Source: Ignavibacteriota bacterium (GTDB lineage Bacteria > Bacteroidota > Ignavibacteria > UBA10030 > UBA6906). Taken from it: a stretch of DNA of 64,000 bases. Shown one piece after another: positions 1 to 8,350 of the stretch. The stretch is from assembly GCA_963801355.1 (NCBI GenBank), contig CAWDEM010000008.1, forward strand, positions 1,600,001-1,664,000, given 5' to 3'. The position numbers and the translations under genes were made by a program. How positions within the stretch are numbered: position 1 is the first letter of the stretch; each line of letters opens with the position of its first letter. The notes under the pieces were generated by a model. The model searched no databases and was not told where the DNA came from. It saw nothing but the letters and a program-made list of their open reading frames with translations.

Positions 1-157
1 CATACGCGACATTGTATTCGCCTCCTCCCGCATAAATCTCCAGCACGGGTGACAGCTCGATGCGTTGATGCCCCGGCGGACTGAGGCGAATCATGCATTC
101 GCCGAGTGCGAGCAGATCGAAGTGGGTGTTCTCTGCGGGTTTAAGCGTTATGCCCAT
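1..157 (-). CDS. kdgK: 2-keto-3-deoxygluconate kinase (PfkB family), 5' part only; continues beyond the window start
   Basis: Manual translation gives MGITLKPAENTHFDLLALGECMIRLSPPGHQRIELSPVLEIYAGGGEYNVAY, with the GE-x-M-x-RL and GG-x-E-x-NVA sugar-kinase motifs. A GGAG RBS lies upstream, and the gene follows kduI. Confidence 0.85.
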   Translation of the reverse strand, partial: MGITLKPAENTHFDLLALGECMIRLSPPGHQRIELSPVLEIYAGGGEYNVAY

Positions 158-188
158 CGTGTTCTCCGGAGAAATAGTATTTGTATTC

Positions 189-244
189 GGCACGGGGCAC
201 CGGGCACGGGGCACCGGGTATGGGGCGCCAGGCTCGAGGTTGCC
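189..244. repeat. Decaying heptamer tandem repeat (GGCACGG/GGCACCG)
   Basis: Units are GGCACGG GGCACCG GGCACGG GGCACCG GGTATGG GGCGCCA GGCTCGA GGTTGCC, in the kduI-kdgK spacer. Confidence 0.8.
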
Positions 245-252
245 ACGTGTCA

Positions 253-1086
253 TCAGCCCAGTTGGTCCACTTTCACGCCGTCCATGTCTTCAAACACCTG
301 GTTTTCGCCGCCCATAGCCCAGATGAAGGTGTAGGCACAGGTCCCGACGCCGGCATGGATGGACCAGCTGGGATTCAGAATCGCCTGTTCGTTCCGCATC
401 ACCATGTGCCGGGTATCCCCGGGCTCTCCCATCATGTGAAACACCACGGCCGCGGGCGGGATATTGAAATACATATAGACCTCGGAGCGGCGCTGGTGGG
501 TGTGGGGCGGCATGGTGTTCCAGACGCTCCCCTCTTCCAGCTCCGTCAGTCCCATCACCAGCTGGCAACTTTTTGCGCCCCGGGGATGGAAATACTTGTA
601 GATCGTTCTGCGGTTCGCATCCGCCTGTGATCCGAGTGGCCCGTGTTCTGTTTCGCCGAGGCGCACATGCGTGGTCGGGTACACTGCATGCGCCGGATAG
701 CTCACGAAGTAATAGCGCGCCGGATGGGCGGGATCGTTGCTCTTGAACACCACCTCTTTGGCACCGCGGCCGATATAGAGGCCGTCGCGATGAACCATCG
801 GAATATCCTTCCCGTCGACCACGATCGTGCCGTTCTGGCCGATATTGATGATGCCGATTTCGCGCCGTTCGGCAAAATAGTCGGCCGCCATCTCCTTCTT
901 GCTTGCTTTGAGTTCCAGCGCCCCGGCCACGGGGACGGCCGAGCCGGTGATGGAACGGTCGATGTCGGAATACACCATCGGCACATCATCCGGCACGAAC
1001 AGAGAAGTGATGAGAAAGGATTCGCGTAGCTGCGCTGTGGTCATGCCGCGGAAACCGCGGGGATCCGTTGACGAACGTACATCCAT
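253..1086 (-). CDS. kduI: 4-deoxy-L-threo-5-hexosulose-uronate ketol-isomerase
   Basis: 277 aa with RREIGIINIG, SCQLVMGLTEL, WNTMPPHTHQRRSEVY, PSWSIHAGVGT and FIWAMGGENQ motifs. Confidence 0.95.
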   Translation of the reverse strand: MDVRSSTDPRGFRGMTTAQLRESFLITSLFVPDDVPMVYSDIDRSITGSAVPVAGALELKASKKEMAADYFAERREIGIINIGQNGTIVVDGKDIPMVHRDGLYIGRGAKEVVFKSNDPAHPARYYFVSYPAHAVYPTTHVRLGETEHGPLGSQADANRRTIYKYFHPRGAKSCQLVMGLTELEEGSVWNTMPPHTHQRRSEVYMYFNIPPAAVVFHMMGEPGDTRHMVMRNEQAILNPSWSIHAGVGTCAYTFIWAMGGENQVFEDMDGVKVDQLG

Positions 1087-1140
1087 GATAGGTGTTCCTC
1101 CTGTATGATCGAGTAATCGTCTGAACAGAAAACGAACCTG

Positions 1141-2304
1141 CTACTCCGTTACCACGGTTTCCACCTTTACCGGCTCGCGCATGCGAAGCGACCAGTGTGC
1201 GAGCAGCGCTTTCCAGTCTTCGACTGAATTGAAGTCCCCGCTGCGTGTCCAGCCTGCCCCGGCAAAGTATTTCACGGGTACGCCCTGCCGCACCTGTGCG
1301 GTGAGCAGGTATTGATCCTTTTCTTCAGTCATGCCCAGAAAGCCTTCCCTGGAAAGCACGACACCGGTTCCGAGCTCCCCGTTCACGGGATCGTCGTTCA
1401 CCGCGCCCCAGAGTGCGAGCCAGCACGCCGCACTGTCATACGCTACTGATGTATTTTTCCTCTTCACGAGACCGGCGACAAACCGCAAGGAGTCGTCATT
1501 CCCGATGCCGGTGAAGACAGTTCTGATAGTGTTCAGATTATGACCGGCGTCCACGGAGTACGTCTTCACTTCTTTGTAAGGTGTGCCGTTGATCATCCCC
1601 TTTTCGTAGGTGACCGTAAACATTGCCCGCACGGGTCCGGTTGCCAGGATCTGCTGGCTCGTAAAGACGCCCGGTTGATGCAGCGTCCGGCCCCGGGCAA
1701 TGGTGGAACCGCCGGCACCCAGCGTCCGGCCCACGCTGAAGAAATCAGCTCCTTCGCCGTGGTCTTCATGGTACGTGTCTTTCTTGCTCTCGGCGCTGGC
1801 CTTGTACCATTTGTCCACGATGAGTGAACGCACCCGTTTCACCCAGACATCCACACCGTTGTCGACGTCCGCTGCAAGCGCCGGACCGTAAATTCTAAAC
1901 GCGATTCTGTCGCTTTCCCATGCGACATCTTCTCTCGGGAGCTCAAAGCGGGCATCGACGAGCGAAGGAAACTCCTGCCGTCCTGCCACCGGGCGGATGT
2001 GCAATACCCTCCGGGCGTGTGGCCGGAGGTCCACCTGAAACAGGAGCACGTCGGGAACACCATTGCCGTCACTGTCCAGGAGCTGGCTGGGAAGCTGTTC
2101 CTTCTGATGGAAGACCGCAACGTTCGACGGTGTGAGCCGGGGAAGCTGCGTGACCAGTTGCTGCCAGGGAAGTTCGATGGTTTCCGACCGGCGTTCGCAT
2201 GCCGACGGATTTGTCACGGTGACGCGGAGCGCGGGGGCGCCGCTGGCACTGCATTGCAGCAGGATGACGAATATACCGGACCACCACTTCAGAGTGTGCC
2301 GCAT
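1141..2304 (-). CDS. DUF4861-family secreted protein
   Basis: Signal peptide; EDVAWESDRIAFRIYGP, GVDVWVKR, YHEDHGEGADFFSVGRTLGAGG and YFAGAGW motifs. Confidence 0.75.
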   Translation of the reverse strand: MRHTLKWWSGIFVILLQCSASGAPALRVTVTNPSACERRSETIELPWQQLVTQLPRLTPSNVAVFHQKEQLPSQLLDSDGNGVPDVLLFQVDLRPHARRVLHIRPVAGRQEFPSLVDARFELPREDVAWESDRIAFRIYGPALAADVDNGVDVWVKRVRSLIVDKWYKASAESKKDTYHEDHGEGADFFSVGRTLGAGGSTIARGRTLHQPGVFTSQQILATGPVRAMFTVTYEKGMINGTPYKEVKTYSVDAGHNLNTIRTVFTGIGNDDSLRFVAGLVKRKNTSVAYDSAACWLALWGAVNDDPVNGELGTGVVLSREGFLGMTEEKDQYLLTAQVRQGVPVKYFAGAGWTRSGDFNSVEDWKALLAHWSLRMREPVKVETVVTE

Positions 2305-2379
2305 GTTCACCTCATGAAATCCCAGAAATCGTTGTGTGCGGGCAACCCCGCATTTCTTCCTTCCCCTCTGTGACGCCTC

Positions 2380-4146
2380 TCACTTGACACGAAGAATTTT
2401 CCGGGACGTCACACTCCCGTCGGTGGCGAGCCGCGAGACATACATCCCGCTCGAGAGGCTTGAACCATCGAAGAAGACGGCATAGGAGCCTGCCGATTTC
2501 TCCTCGTTCACCAGCGTCTCTACCTCCCGGCCGAGCAGGTCGTACACGCAGAGCCGCACCCACATATTACCTATTGCCTCGTGCCCACTGCCTTTTCCCG
2601 GTACTGTATACCCTATGATCGTCCCCGGGTTGAACGGATTCGGATACGCCGTCAGGAGTGGCCGTTGACCGGCCGCCGGCGCGTGCTGGTCTCCGCGGAT
2701 ACCGGTCGTGCCGCTTTGCGGGCCGACATCATCCGCGGTCAGGGGAGCGAACAGGACCGGGTCGGTGCTTGCTTCGTCGGCCCCGACATCGCGCAGGGAA
2801 TCGCGCTTCTGCCCGTCGATATCCCCCGTTACCCACGGGTATGACCCCGCGGCGGCGTCGATAATCGGACTGCCGAGAAGGGGGCGGCGCAGGCCGTCGG
2901 GTGCCGCCGAGCCAAGCGAGGGGTTCGTCACGGTGATCCCCGGCCCGCCGGAGATGCCGAGCGTCGCACCGAATGCAATATTGCCCTCCCATGTGATGTT
3001 GACGGGTACATCGGTGTAGCGCACAAGAGGTCCGGCGGAACTCACGATGAGATTGTTTGCCAGCACACAATCGACCGGAGGGAGGATGTTGTCCGAGTCC
3101 TTGCCTGCACCGATATCCATGCTGGACGTATTGTCTGCCAGTGTATTAAATGCAATCGTGGCGCGTTTCACCTGATAATAACCGTTCAGGGGAGAATTCT
3201 GAATGCCATCCATCACAGAGATTGCAGCCCGGAGCCCCGTCCCTTTCGTGCCGCTTACGTAGTTGTTGACGATGGTGTGGTCTTCGCCGATGACGCGGAT
3301 GCCGCCCGTATTGGCAATCCCGTTGCCGAAGAAGAAATTTCCTTCGACCCGGCACCGGTTGCCGTGCCGCAGGGTCAATGTCCCCACACAGCTGCGGAAT
3401 GTGTTGTTGCGATAGATATTGCCGCACGACTTGTTCGAGATGATTTCGATCTCGCCGTTGCATTCTTCAAACAGGTTCTGCTCTACGATGGCGAAAGAAT
3501 CGTACATCGACCAGTCGGACGTGCCGATGCGGATGGTTTCCCCGCCGTTGACACCCAGATCAGGCCGCCGCCCGAAGGAGTTGTGGTCGATGCGATGGTA
3601 ATTCGGAACGGCGGAGAGCCAGACGACCAGCGTTGCCCCTGCGTTGTTCTTGCCTTTCAGCAGGCAGTGATCCACCCGGTTGTCATGTCCGTACAATGAA
3701 ACCCATTTGTATTCCGTCGTCGTGCTGTCGGGGTTGAAGTCGAGAATCGTGGTATTTGTCAGACGGCAGTGATGGCTTTCGACGGAAGGCGATCCTCCCC
3801 GGAAATCAACCACACCCCCTGACGGGCAATAGCCCCGGGTGAAGGTCAAACCGTCGACGACAAGATAACTGCCGGCGATCTGGAGATTGGACGCACCGGT
3901 GATGGTGACGCTGTTTGCCGATGGTGCGCGCAACAGAATCGGTCCATCTGCCGATCCGTTTCCCTGGAACAGGATGCGGACATTGTTCCAGATACCCGCC
4001 GACATCGTCAGCGTGTCTCCCGCCCGGGCGGAGAGCATGGCTGCGGAGATCTCTGCCGGAGAAGAGACGGGATAATCCTTTGCAGCGCAGGCCGGCACAA
4101 CGGCGAGAACGCACAGGATGGCGAAACAGGAACGGCGCATGGTCAT
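2380..4146 (-). CDS. Polysaccharide lyase family 6 (alginate lyase/chondroitinase B-like beta-helix) with T9SS type A CTD
   Basis: NGGETIRIGTS, EIEIISNKS, LTLRHGN and GGIRVIGEDH motifs. The C-terminus reads YPNPFNP...VYDLLGREV...LSSGMY. Start moved to MTMRRS (signal peptide, GAGGT RBS). Confidence 0.9.
   Translation of the reverse strand: MTMRRSCFAILCVLAVVPACAAKDYPVSSPAEISAAMLSARAGDTLTMSAGIWNNVRILFQGNGSADGPILLRAPSANSVTITGASNLQIAGSYLVVDGLTFTRGYCPSGGVVDFRGGSPSVESHHCRLTNTTILDFNPDSTTTEYKWVSLYGHDNRVDHCLLKGKNNAGATLVVWLSAVPNYHRIDHNSFGRRPDLGVNGGETIRIGTSDWSMYDSFAIVEQNLFEECNGEIEIISNKSCGNIYRNNTFRSCVGTLTLRHGNRCRVEGNFFFGNGIANTGGIRVIGEDHTIVNNYVSGTKGTGLRAAISVMDGIQNSPLNGYYQVKRATIAFNTLADNTSSMDIGAGKDSDNILPPVDCVLANNLIVSSAGPLVRYTDVPVNITWEGNIAFGATLGISGGPGITVTNPSLGSAAPDGLRRPLLGSPIIDAAAGSYPWVTGDIDGQKRDSLRDVGADEASTDPVLFAPLTADDVGPQSGTTGIRGDQHAPAAGQRPLLTAYPNPFNPGTIIGYTVPGKGSGHEAIGNMWVRLCVYDLLGREVETLVNEEKSAGSYAVFFDGSSLSSGMYVSRLATDGSVTSRKILRVK
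2565..2599 (-). repeat. In-frame heptamer array inside the PL6 CTD
   Basis: Minus strand reads GGGAAAA GGCAGTG GGCACGA GGCAATA GGTAATA. Confidence 0.6.
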
Positions 4147-4180
4147 ACTCACGGGCACCTCTTCATCGCACACGATGGAA

Positions 4181-4218
4181 CGGAGACGCCGATTCCCGCG
4201 CCGGGAGCGGCGTCTCCG
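4181..4218 (-). terminator. Strong intergenic stem-loop (mRNA stabiliser or partial terminator)
   Basis: CGGAGACGCCG (4181-4191) and CGGCGTCTCCG (4208-4218) form an 11-bp inverted repeat with an inner TCCC/GGGA pairing. There is no clear U-tract. Confidence 0.55.
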
Positions 4219-4251
4219 TGTTCCGCAATTGAACAACCGGATCGAGAACAG

Positions 4252-5802
4252 CTACTTGAGCAACAACATCTGCCGGGTCCGGGTCAACGCACCCGCACGC
4301 ACCTGGTAGATGTACATGCCCGTTGACAGGGAGCGTGCGTCAAACGACACCCGGTAGGTGCCCGCCACCTGCTGCTCGTTGACGAGTGATGCCACTTCCT
4401 GCCCCAGCGTGTTGAATACCTGTACCGACACCATCTGCTCGGACGGCAGCGAGTATTCAATCGTGGTGGAGGGATTGAACGGATTCGGATAGTTTTGCTT
4501 CACGGCAAATGCCAGTGGAAGCTCGTTCACCCGCTCTACGGCCGCCGAGGGACTCTTCAGCGAGTTTTCTGTCGAACCTGTCTGGCGCGAGAGAGCCATA
4601 TACATGAATTGGCCGCTCTGCAGTATCTGCGGCGTTGCCGCGTCTGACTCGATGAGCCGCGGGAGACTGTCAAGGGCGGTGAGGTATGGTACGGTGGTCG
4701 GACCGACACCCGTCCATGTGGCTCTGGCGCTGTCTGCGATAGCGACACGCAGGTTGGTATTGCCTGCCGCCACACCGTCGTCCAGGCCATACGACACTGA
4801 GAACTTGTCAAACGTCATCGATGTTGCACCGGACGCGCCCTTGAGATAGGAGACTTTGAAATAGCGGACTTCGGAGACCTTGTCGATGGTCCCGGCAAAG
4901 GCGCTGCTCCCCGGGTTTGCATTCCCGGCAATTGCTTCGACCCGCGCATAATGCCCAGTCGCGATTCCAGACGTTGTGCACCGGACCCTGACGGGTCGAT
5001 ACCCCTTGGCATCGCCAATCTGGAACCACCGATCGGCGCTGCCGCTGTTGGTCATGCCGCGCCCCATGGCACCCAGGACATAGCTTGTGTCAGAGCCACC
5101 AATGACAATGGCAGCCGCAGTATAGAGTTGAACCAGAGCGTACGGGCCCGTTTCCACCAACCCCCGTTGGAACACCAGGTCGGGGTTCCCCGGTGGTTCG
5201 CTGCTGCTGCCCCCCGCCATCACCACATCGGACCCCAGGATGACGCGGCCGGTTCCGGACTTGTTGATGGTGAAGCCGTTGAATTCGTTGTTTGTAGTCG
5301 TGTAGGGCCCCATAGTGATGACGTTGTTCCCCGGGCCGACAGCCAGGAAATTCACCACTCCGAGCGTGCCGCCCGCGGATCCCTGGCGCATGTCAAAGTT
5401 GGATCCTGCATTGGTGAGGTTCCCGTACAGGTTGACTTTGTGTACGAGGGATCCGGTGACTGAGCGGCTTTGAACTTTGAAAATGCCATTAGCCTTGACT
5501 TCAAGATTTCCCATGACCGAGAGTGTGGTGGTGTCCACCTTCGAGAACAGAAACACTCCCGATACACCCTGCCCGACCGTGAGGCTATTCACGGTGGCAT
5601 CTTTGGCATCAAACGTCACCGTATCGCCGTCCACAATTGTCACGTTGTCGCTCGGACCGGGGACGACGCCACCCACCCACGTGCTATTCTCACTCCATTT
5701 CCCTTTGGCACCGGCGGAGGAAATGTCGGCAGCCACGGCAGACGCGACCATCGCGCCCGCCAAAAGGATGACAACGATAAGCAATCGTGCCGTGTTGCGC
5801 AT
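4252..5802 (-). CDS. T9SS type A CTD-containing secreted beta-rich protein of unknown function
   Basis: Signal peptide; G8-like N-terminus (GKWSENSTWVGGVVPGPSDNVTI); canonical CTD QNYPNPFNPSTTIEYSLP...LSTGMYIYQV...MLLLK. Confidence 0.8.
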   Translation of the reverse strand: MRNTARLLIVVILLAGAMVASAVAADISSAGAKGKWSENSTWVGGVVPGPSDNVTIVDGDTVTFDAKDATVNSLTVGQGVSGVFLFSKVDTTTLSVMGNLEVKANGIFKVQSRSVTGSLVHKVNLYGNLTNAGSNFDMRQGSAGGTLGVVNFLAVGPGNNVITMGPYTTTNNEFNGFTINKSGTGRVILGSDVVMAGGSSSEPPGNPDLVFQRGLVETGPYALVQLYTAAAIVIGGSDTSYVLGAMGRGMTNSGSADRWFQIGDAKGYRPVRVRCTTSGIATGHYARVEAIAGNANPGSSAFAGTIDKVSEVRYFKVSYLKGASGATSMTFDKFSVSYGLDDGVAAGNTNLRVAIADSARATWTGVGPTTVPYLTALDSLPRLIESDAATPQILQSGQFMYMALSRQTGSTENSLKSPSAAVERVNELPLAFAVKQNYPNPFNPSTTIEYSLPSEQMVSVQVFNTLGQEVASLVNEQQVAGTYRVSFDARSLSTGMYIYQVRAGALTRTRQMLLLK

Positions 5803-5847
5803 AGCAAACCCTCCTCAGTATTGAATGAAATACGAGACAGACGATAA

Positions 5848-7296
5848 CTAGAAATTCAGCGATGTTTCAAGGACCACGACATGATGAGACAACGTGTTCG
5901 TATTCACATTGGTTTCCCAGAGATCCTGGTATTTCAGATGCTGGTATTCGTACGCCAGGTCAACACCGATAGCTCCAAACCGCACGCCAACCCCGCCGGT
6001 GTATGCCGAGCCGCTCACCGGATCGCCGATCAACCCTGCATTCTCGCCGCCGAAGGACGCGACCTCCTCCCGGTAGCCCACGCGCAGGAGAAGCCATTCG
6101 GACGCCGCGTATTCCACCCCCGCCCGCAATGACTTGCTTCCCACCCACGGCCTGAACGTCGTGTCTGCGCCGGCATATTCTGCATCGCCGAGCTCGCGGA
6201 TGATGTAATCGACCCCGATGCTCAAGCGCGCGCTGGGCATCAACACGCCGCCGAACGAATAGTTCGCCGGCAGCTTCAGCTTGTCTGAACCGCTTTTCGT
6301 CACTGTCGTCGATGACCCCGTCGTATCATGGTCCAGGATTTGATCCCATGTGCGGGTCACCGTGGCGGGCAGCTGCACTGCGGCACCGATACTGAAATGC
6401 GTATCCCGGTAGAAGACTCCCAGGTTCGCAATGAGACCCGAGTATGTTGACGCAGTTCGTGACGAAACCCGGTTGAACACGGAGTCATTGCGCACGCGGT
6501 AGACGGCATCGAAGACGAGCCGGCCACGATCACGCCATGCCTCTGTGTCATCGGATGAACCGGTCAACACCGACACTCCCACACCCACACTCAAGTCGTC
6601 CAGCGGCTGTATGGCAACCGCCGGAGTGATGCCGTAGATGGCGCCTTTTCGGTGCACAGTAGTGGCATACCACCTCGCCACCAGTGTGTCGACCCCTTTC
6701 AGAACGGGCATAGGCGACGGGCGGTAGTCGCCGATGTTCGGCGACATATTATTGTTGTTCTGATAATAATAATCAAGATTTGTGGCTTCGGCAAATCCTA
6801 TTCCTGCGACACAGCGGACATCGCCGAACAACGTGAAGGGCAACGCGGCCGAGATCGTGGCCGGGCGGAGGATGGATCGCGTGGATGACCAGTTCGGTAC
6901 GAGATCGTCATAGGGCACCTGGAGTTCATCAGCCGGATTGACGACCACCGGGGGTTTTATCCCGCCCGTCAGATTCTCCATCAGGAGGCTCAGGTTGGGG
7001 TAGAACCGGTTCGGGATCCATTCCTGGGTCTGGTCGGCGGTACTGCTGTAGAGGGTTGCGCCGAGGCGCACCTCGGGCATCTGCAGCTGCATCAACGCGG
7101 CCGGATTGCTGAAGAGCGCGGTGGCGTCATTGGACAGCGCTATCGAGGTCCCACCCATTGCAACCGTTCGTGCGCTGCGAACGGAACTGTGTTCCATCCC
7201 CTGGAACGAGAGCGGATGATAGGTTCCCTGCGCCGCCACGAGAATGGGAAACACGAAGAGCAGTGCCCCGAGCGAGAGTGTACGTTGAGTCTTCAT
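5848..7296 (-). CDS. FadL/OmpP1/PorV-superfamily outer-membrane beta-barrel
   Basis: Signal peptide; SARTVAMGG...DATALFSNPAAL N-terminal motif; LRAGVEY...LRVGY strands; terminal Phe. Confidence 0.75.
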   Translation of the reverse strand: MKTQRTLSLGALLFVFPILVAAQGTYHPLSFQGMEHSSVRSARTVAMGGTSIALSNDATALFSNPAALMQLQMPEVRLGATLYSSTADQTQEWIPNRFYPNLSLLMENLTGGIKPPVVVNPADELQVPYDDLVPNWSSTRSILRPATISAALPFTLFGDVRCVAGIGFAEATNLDYYYQNNNNMSPNIGDYRPSPMPVLKGVDTLVARWYATTVHRKGAIYGITPAVAIQPLDDLSVGVGVSVLTGSSDDTEAWRDRGRLVFDAVYRVRNDSVFNRVSSRTASTYSGLIANLGVFYRDTHFSIGAAVQLPATVTRTWDQILDHDTTGSSTTVTKSGSDKLKLPANYSFGGVLMPSARLSIGVDYIIRELGDAEYAGADTTFRPWVGSKSLRAGVEYAASEWLLLRVGYREEVASFGGENAGLIGDPVSGSAYTGGVGVRFGAIGVDLAYEYQHLKYQDLWETNVNTNTLSHHVVVLETSLNF

Positions 7297-8336
7297 GGCA
7301 TCAGCACTCCCAGACTGATGCGATGCACTCTGGCCAGATAGTCCCCCATCGAACCGTAGCTGTAATCGAAGGCAAGCGTGACGCCGCCGATTCCGGTCTT
7401 CACGCCGGCTCCCAGCGTCAGCCCGTCGTTGTCATAGTTCGACTTGTAGCCCGCACGGAATGCTACGACTTCCTGAAACGCGTACTCCATTCCGAAGTGC
7501 ATCTGCTGCGCGTAGTCGTTGGGTTGATGGATATCGTATGCCACCGTCACCCGGTTCTCTCCGGACGGCACGAAAAGCCCGTCGGGGCCCATGATATCGG
7601 CAGCGGCACCGAGCCGGAATGTGAGCGGTGCGGGGTAGTCCTCCTTCGCGAACCGCACCTGGGACCCGAAATTCTGCACCGCGGCGCCGATCCGGATGGA
7701 CCGGAAACCGGTGTTGTACGTGATCCCGAAATCGAACAGCCACACACTCGCATACGTCTTATACTCCTCCGATGCACCCGTCTCGGGGTTTGTCACCGAC
7801 AACGCGCCGCCGCTGTACAGTGATTCGCGGACATATTTCACGGTCAGTCCGGCCGAAAATGCCTCCGTCAACTGACGCGCAAAGGAGAGCCCGAACAGGT
7901 ATGTGCTGGGAGAGAAGGTGTTGCCCGTCAGGCCCGGATTGTACACCTGATTGCCGGCCGGGCCGACAAACTGGAGCTGATCCACGCGGGTTTCCTCGAT
8001 CGTTCCGAAATCGACATACTGGATCTGCATGCCGATCGTGCCGATATCTTCGATCGGCAACGCATAGGCCAGAGCGCCCTGCTTCGTATCGAACAGCCAG
8101 AGCGTCAGCGTGCTTACCACCTCGTGCCGGTTACCGACCGTCAACCCCGCGGGATTCCAGAACACCGCGTCGGCTCCCGCCGGGAGCGCGGCAAATGCTT
8201 CGCCCATGGCGGTCGCGCGCGCGGTCGGCATCACCTTCAGGAACTGCAGGGACGACGTGCCCACCTTCTGCGCGGGGGCCTCGCTGCCCACGACGAGGAG
8301 CAGCGCCACCATCAGTACACTCATCCATCGATGCAT
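7293..8336 (-). CDS. PorV/PorQ-family outer-membrane protein
   Basis: KVGTSSLQFLKVMPTARATAMGEAF...AVFWNPAGL, GMEYAF...FRAGY and FDYSY...HRISLG motifs. Start at MHRWM with an AGGAGG RBS. Confidence 0.85.
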   Translation of the reverse strand: MHRWMSVLMVALLLVVGSEAPAQKVGTSSLQFLKVMPTARATAMGEAFAALPAGADAVFWNPAGLTVGNRHEVVSTLTLWLFDTKQGALAYALPIEDIGTIGMQIQYVDFGTIEETRVDQLQFVGPAGNQVYNPGLTGNTFSPSTYLFGLSFARQLTEAFSAGLTVKYVRESLYSGGALSVTNPETGASEEYKTYASVWLFDFGITYNTGFRSIRIGAAVQNFGSQVRFAKEDYPAPLTFRLGAAADIMGPDGLFVPSGENRVTVAYDIHQPNDYAQQMHFGMEYAFQEVVAFRAGYKSNYDNDGLTLGAGVKTGIGGVTLAFDYSYGSMGDYLARVHRISLGVLMP

Positions 8337-8350
8337 GGTGTTGATCCTCC

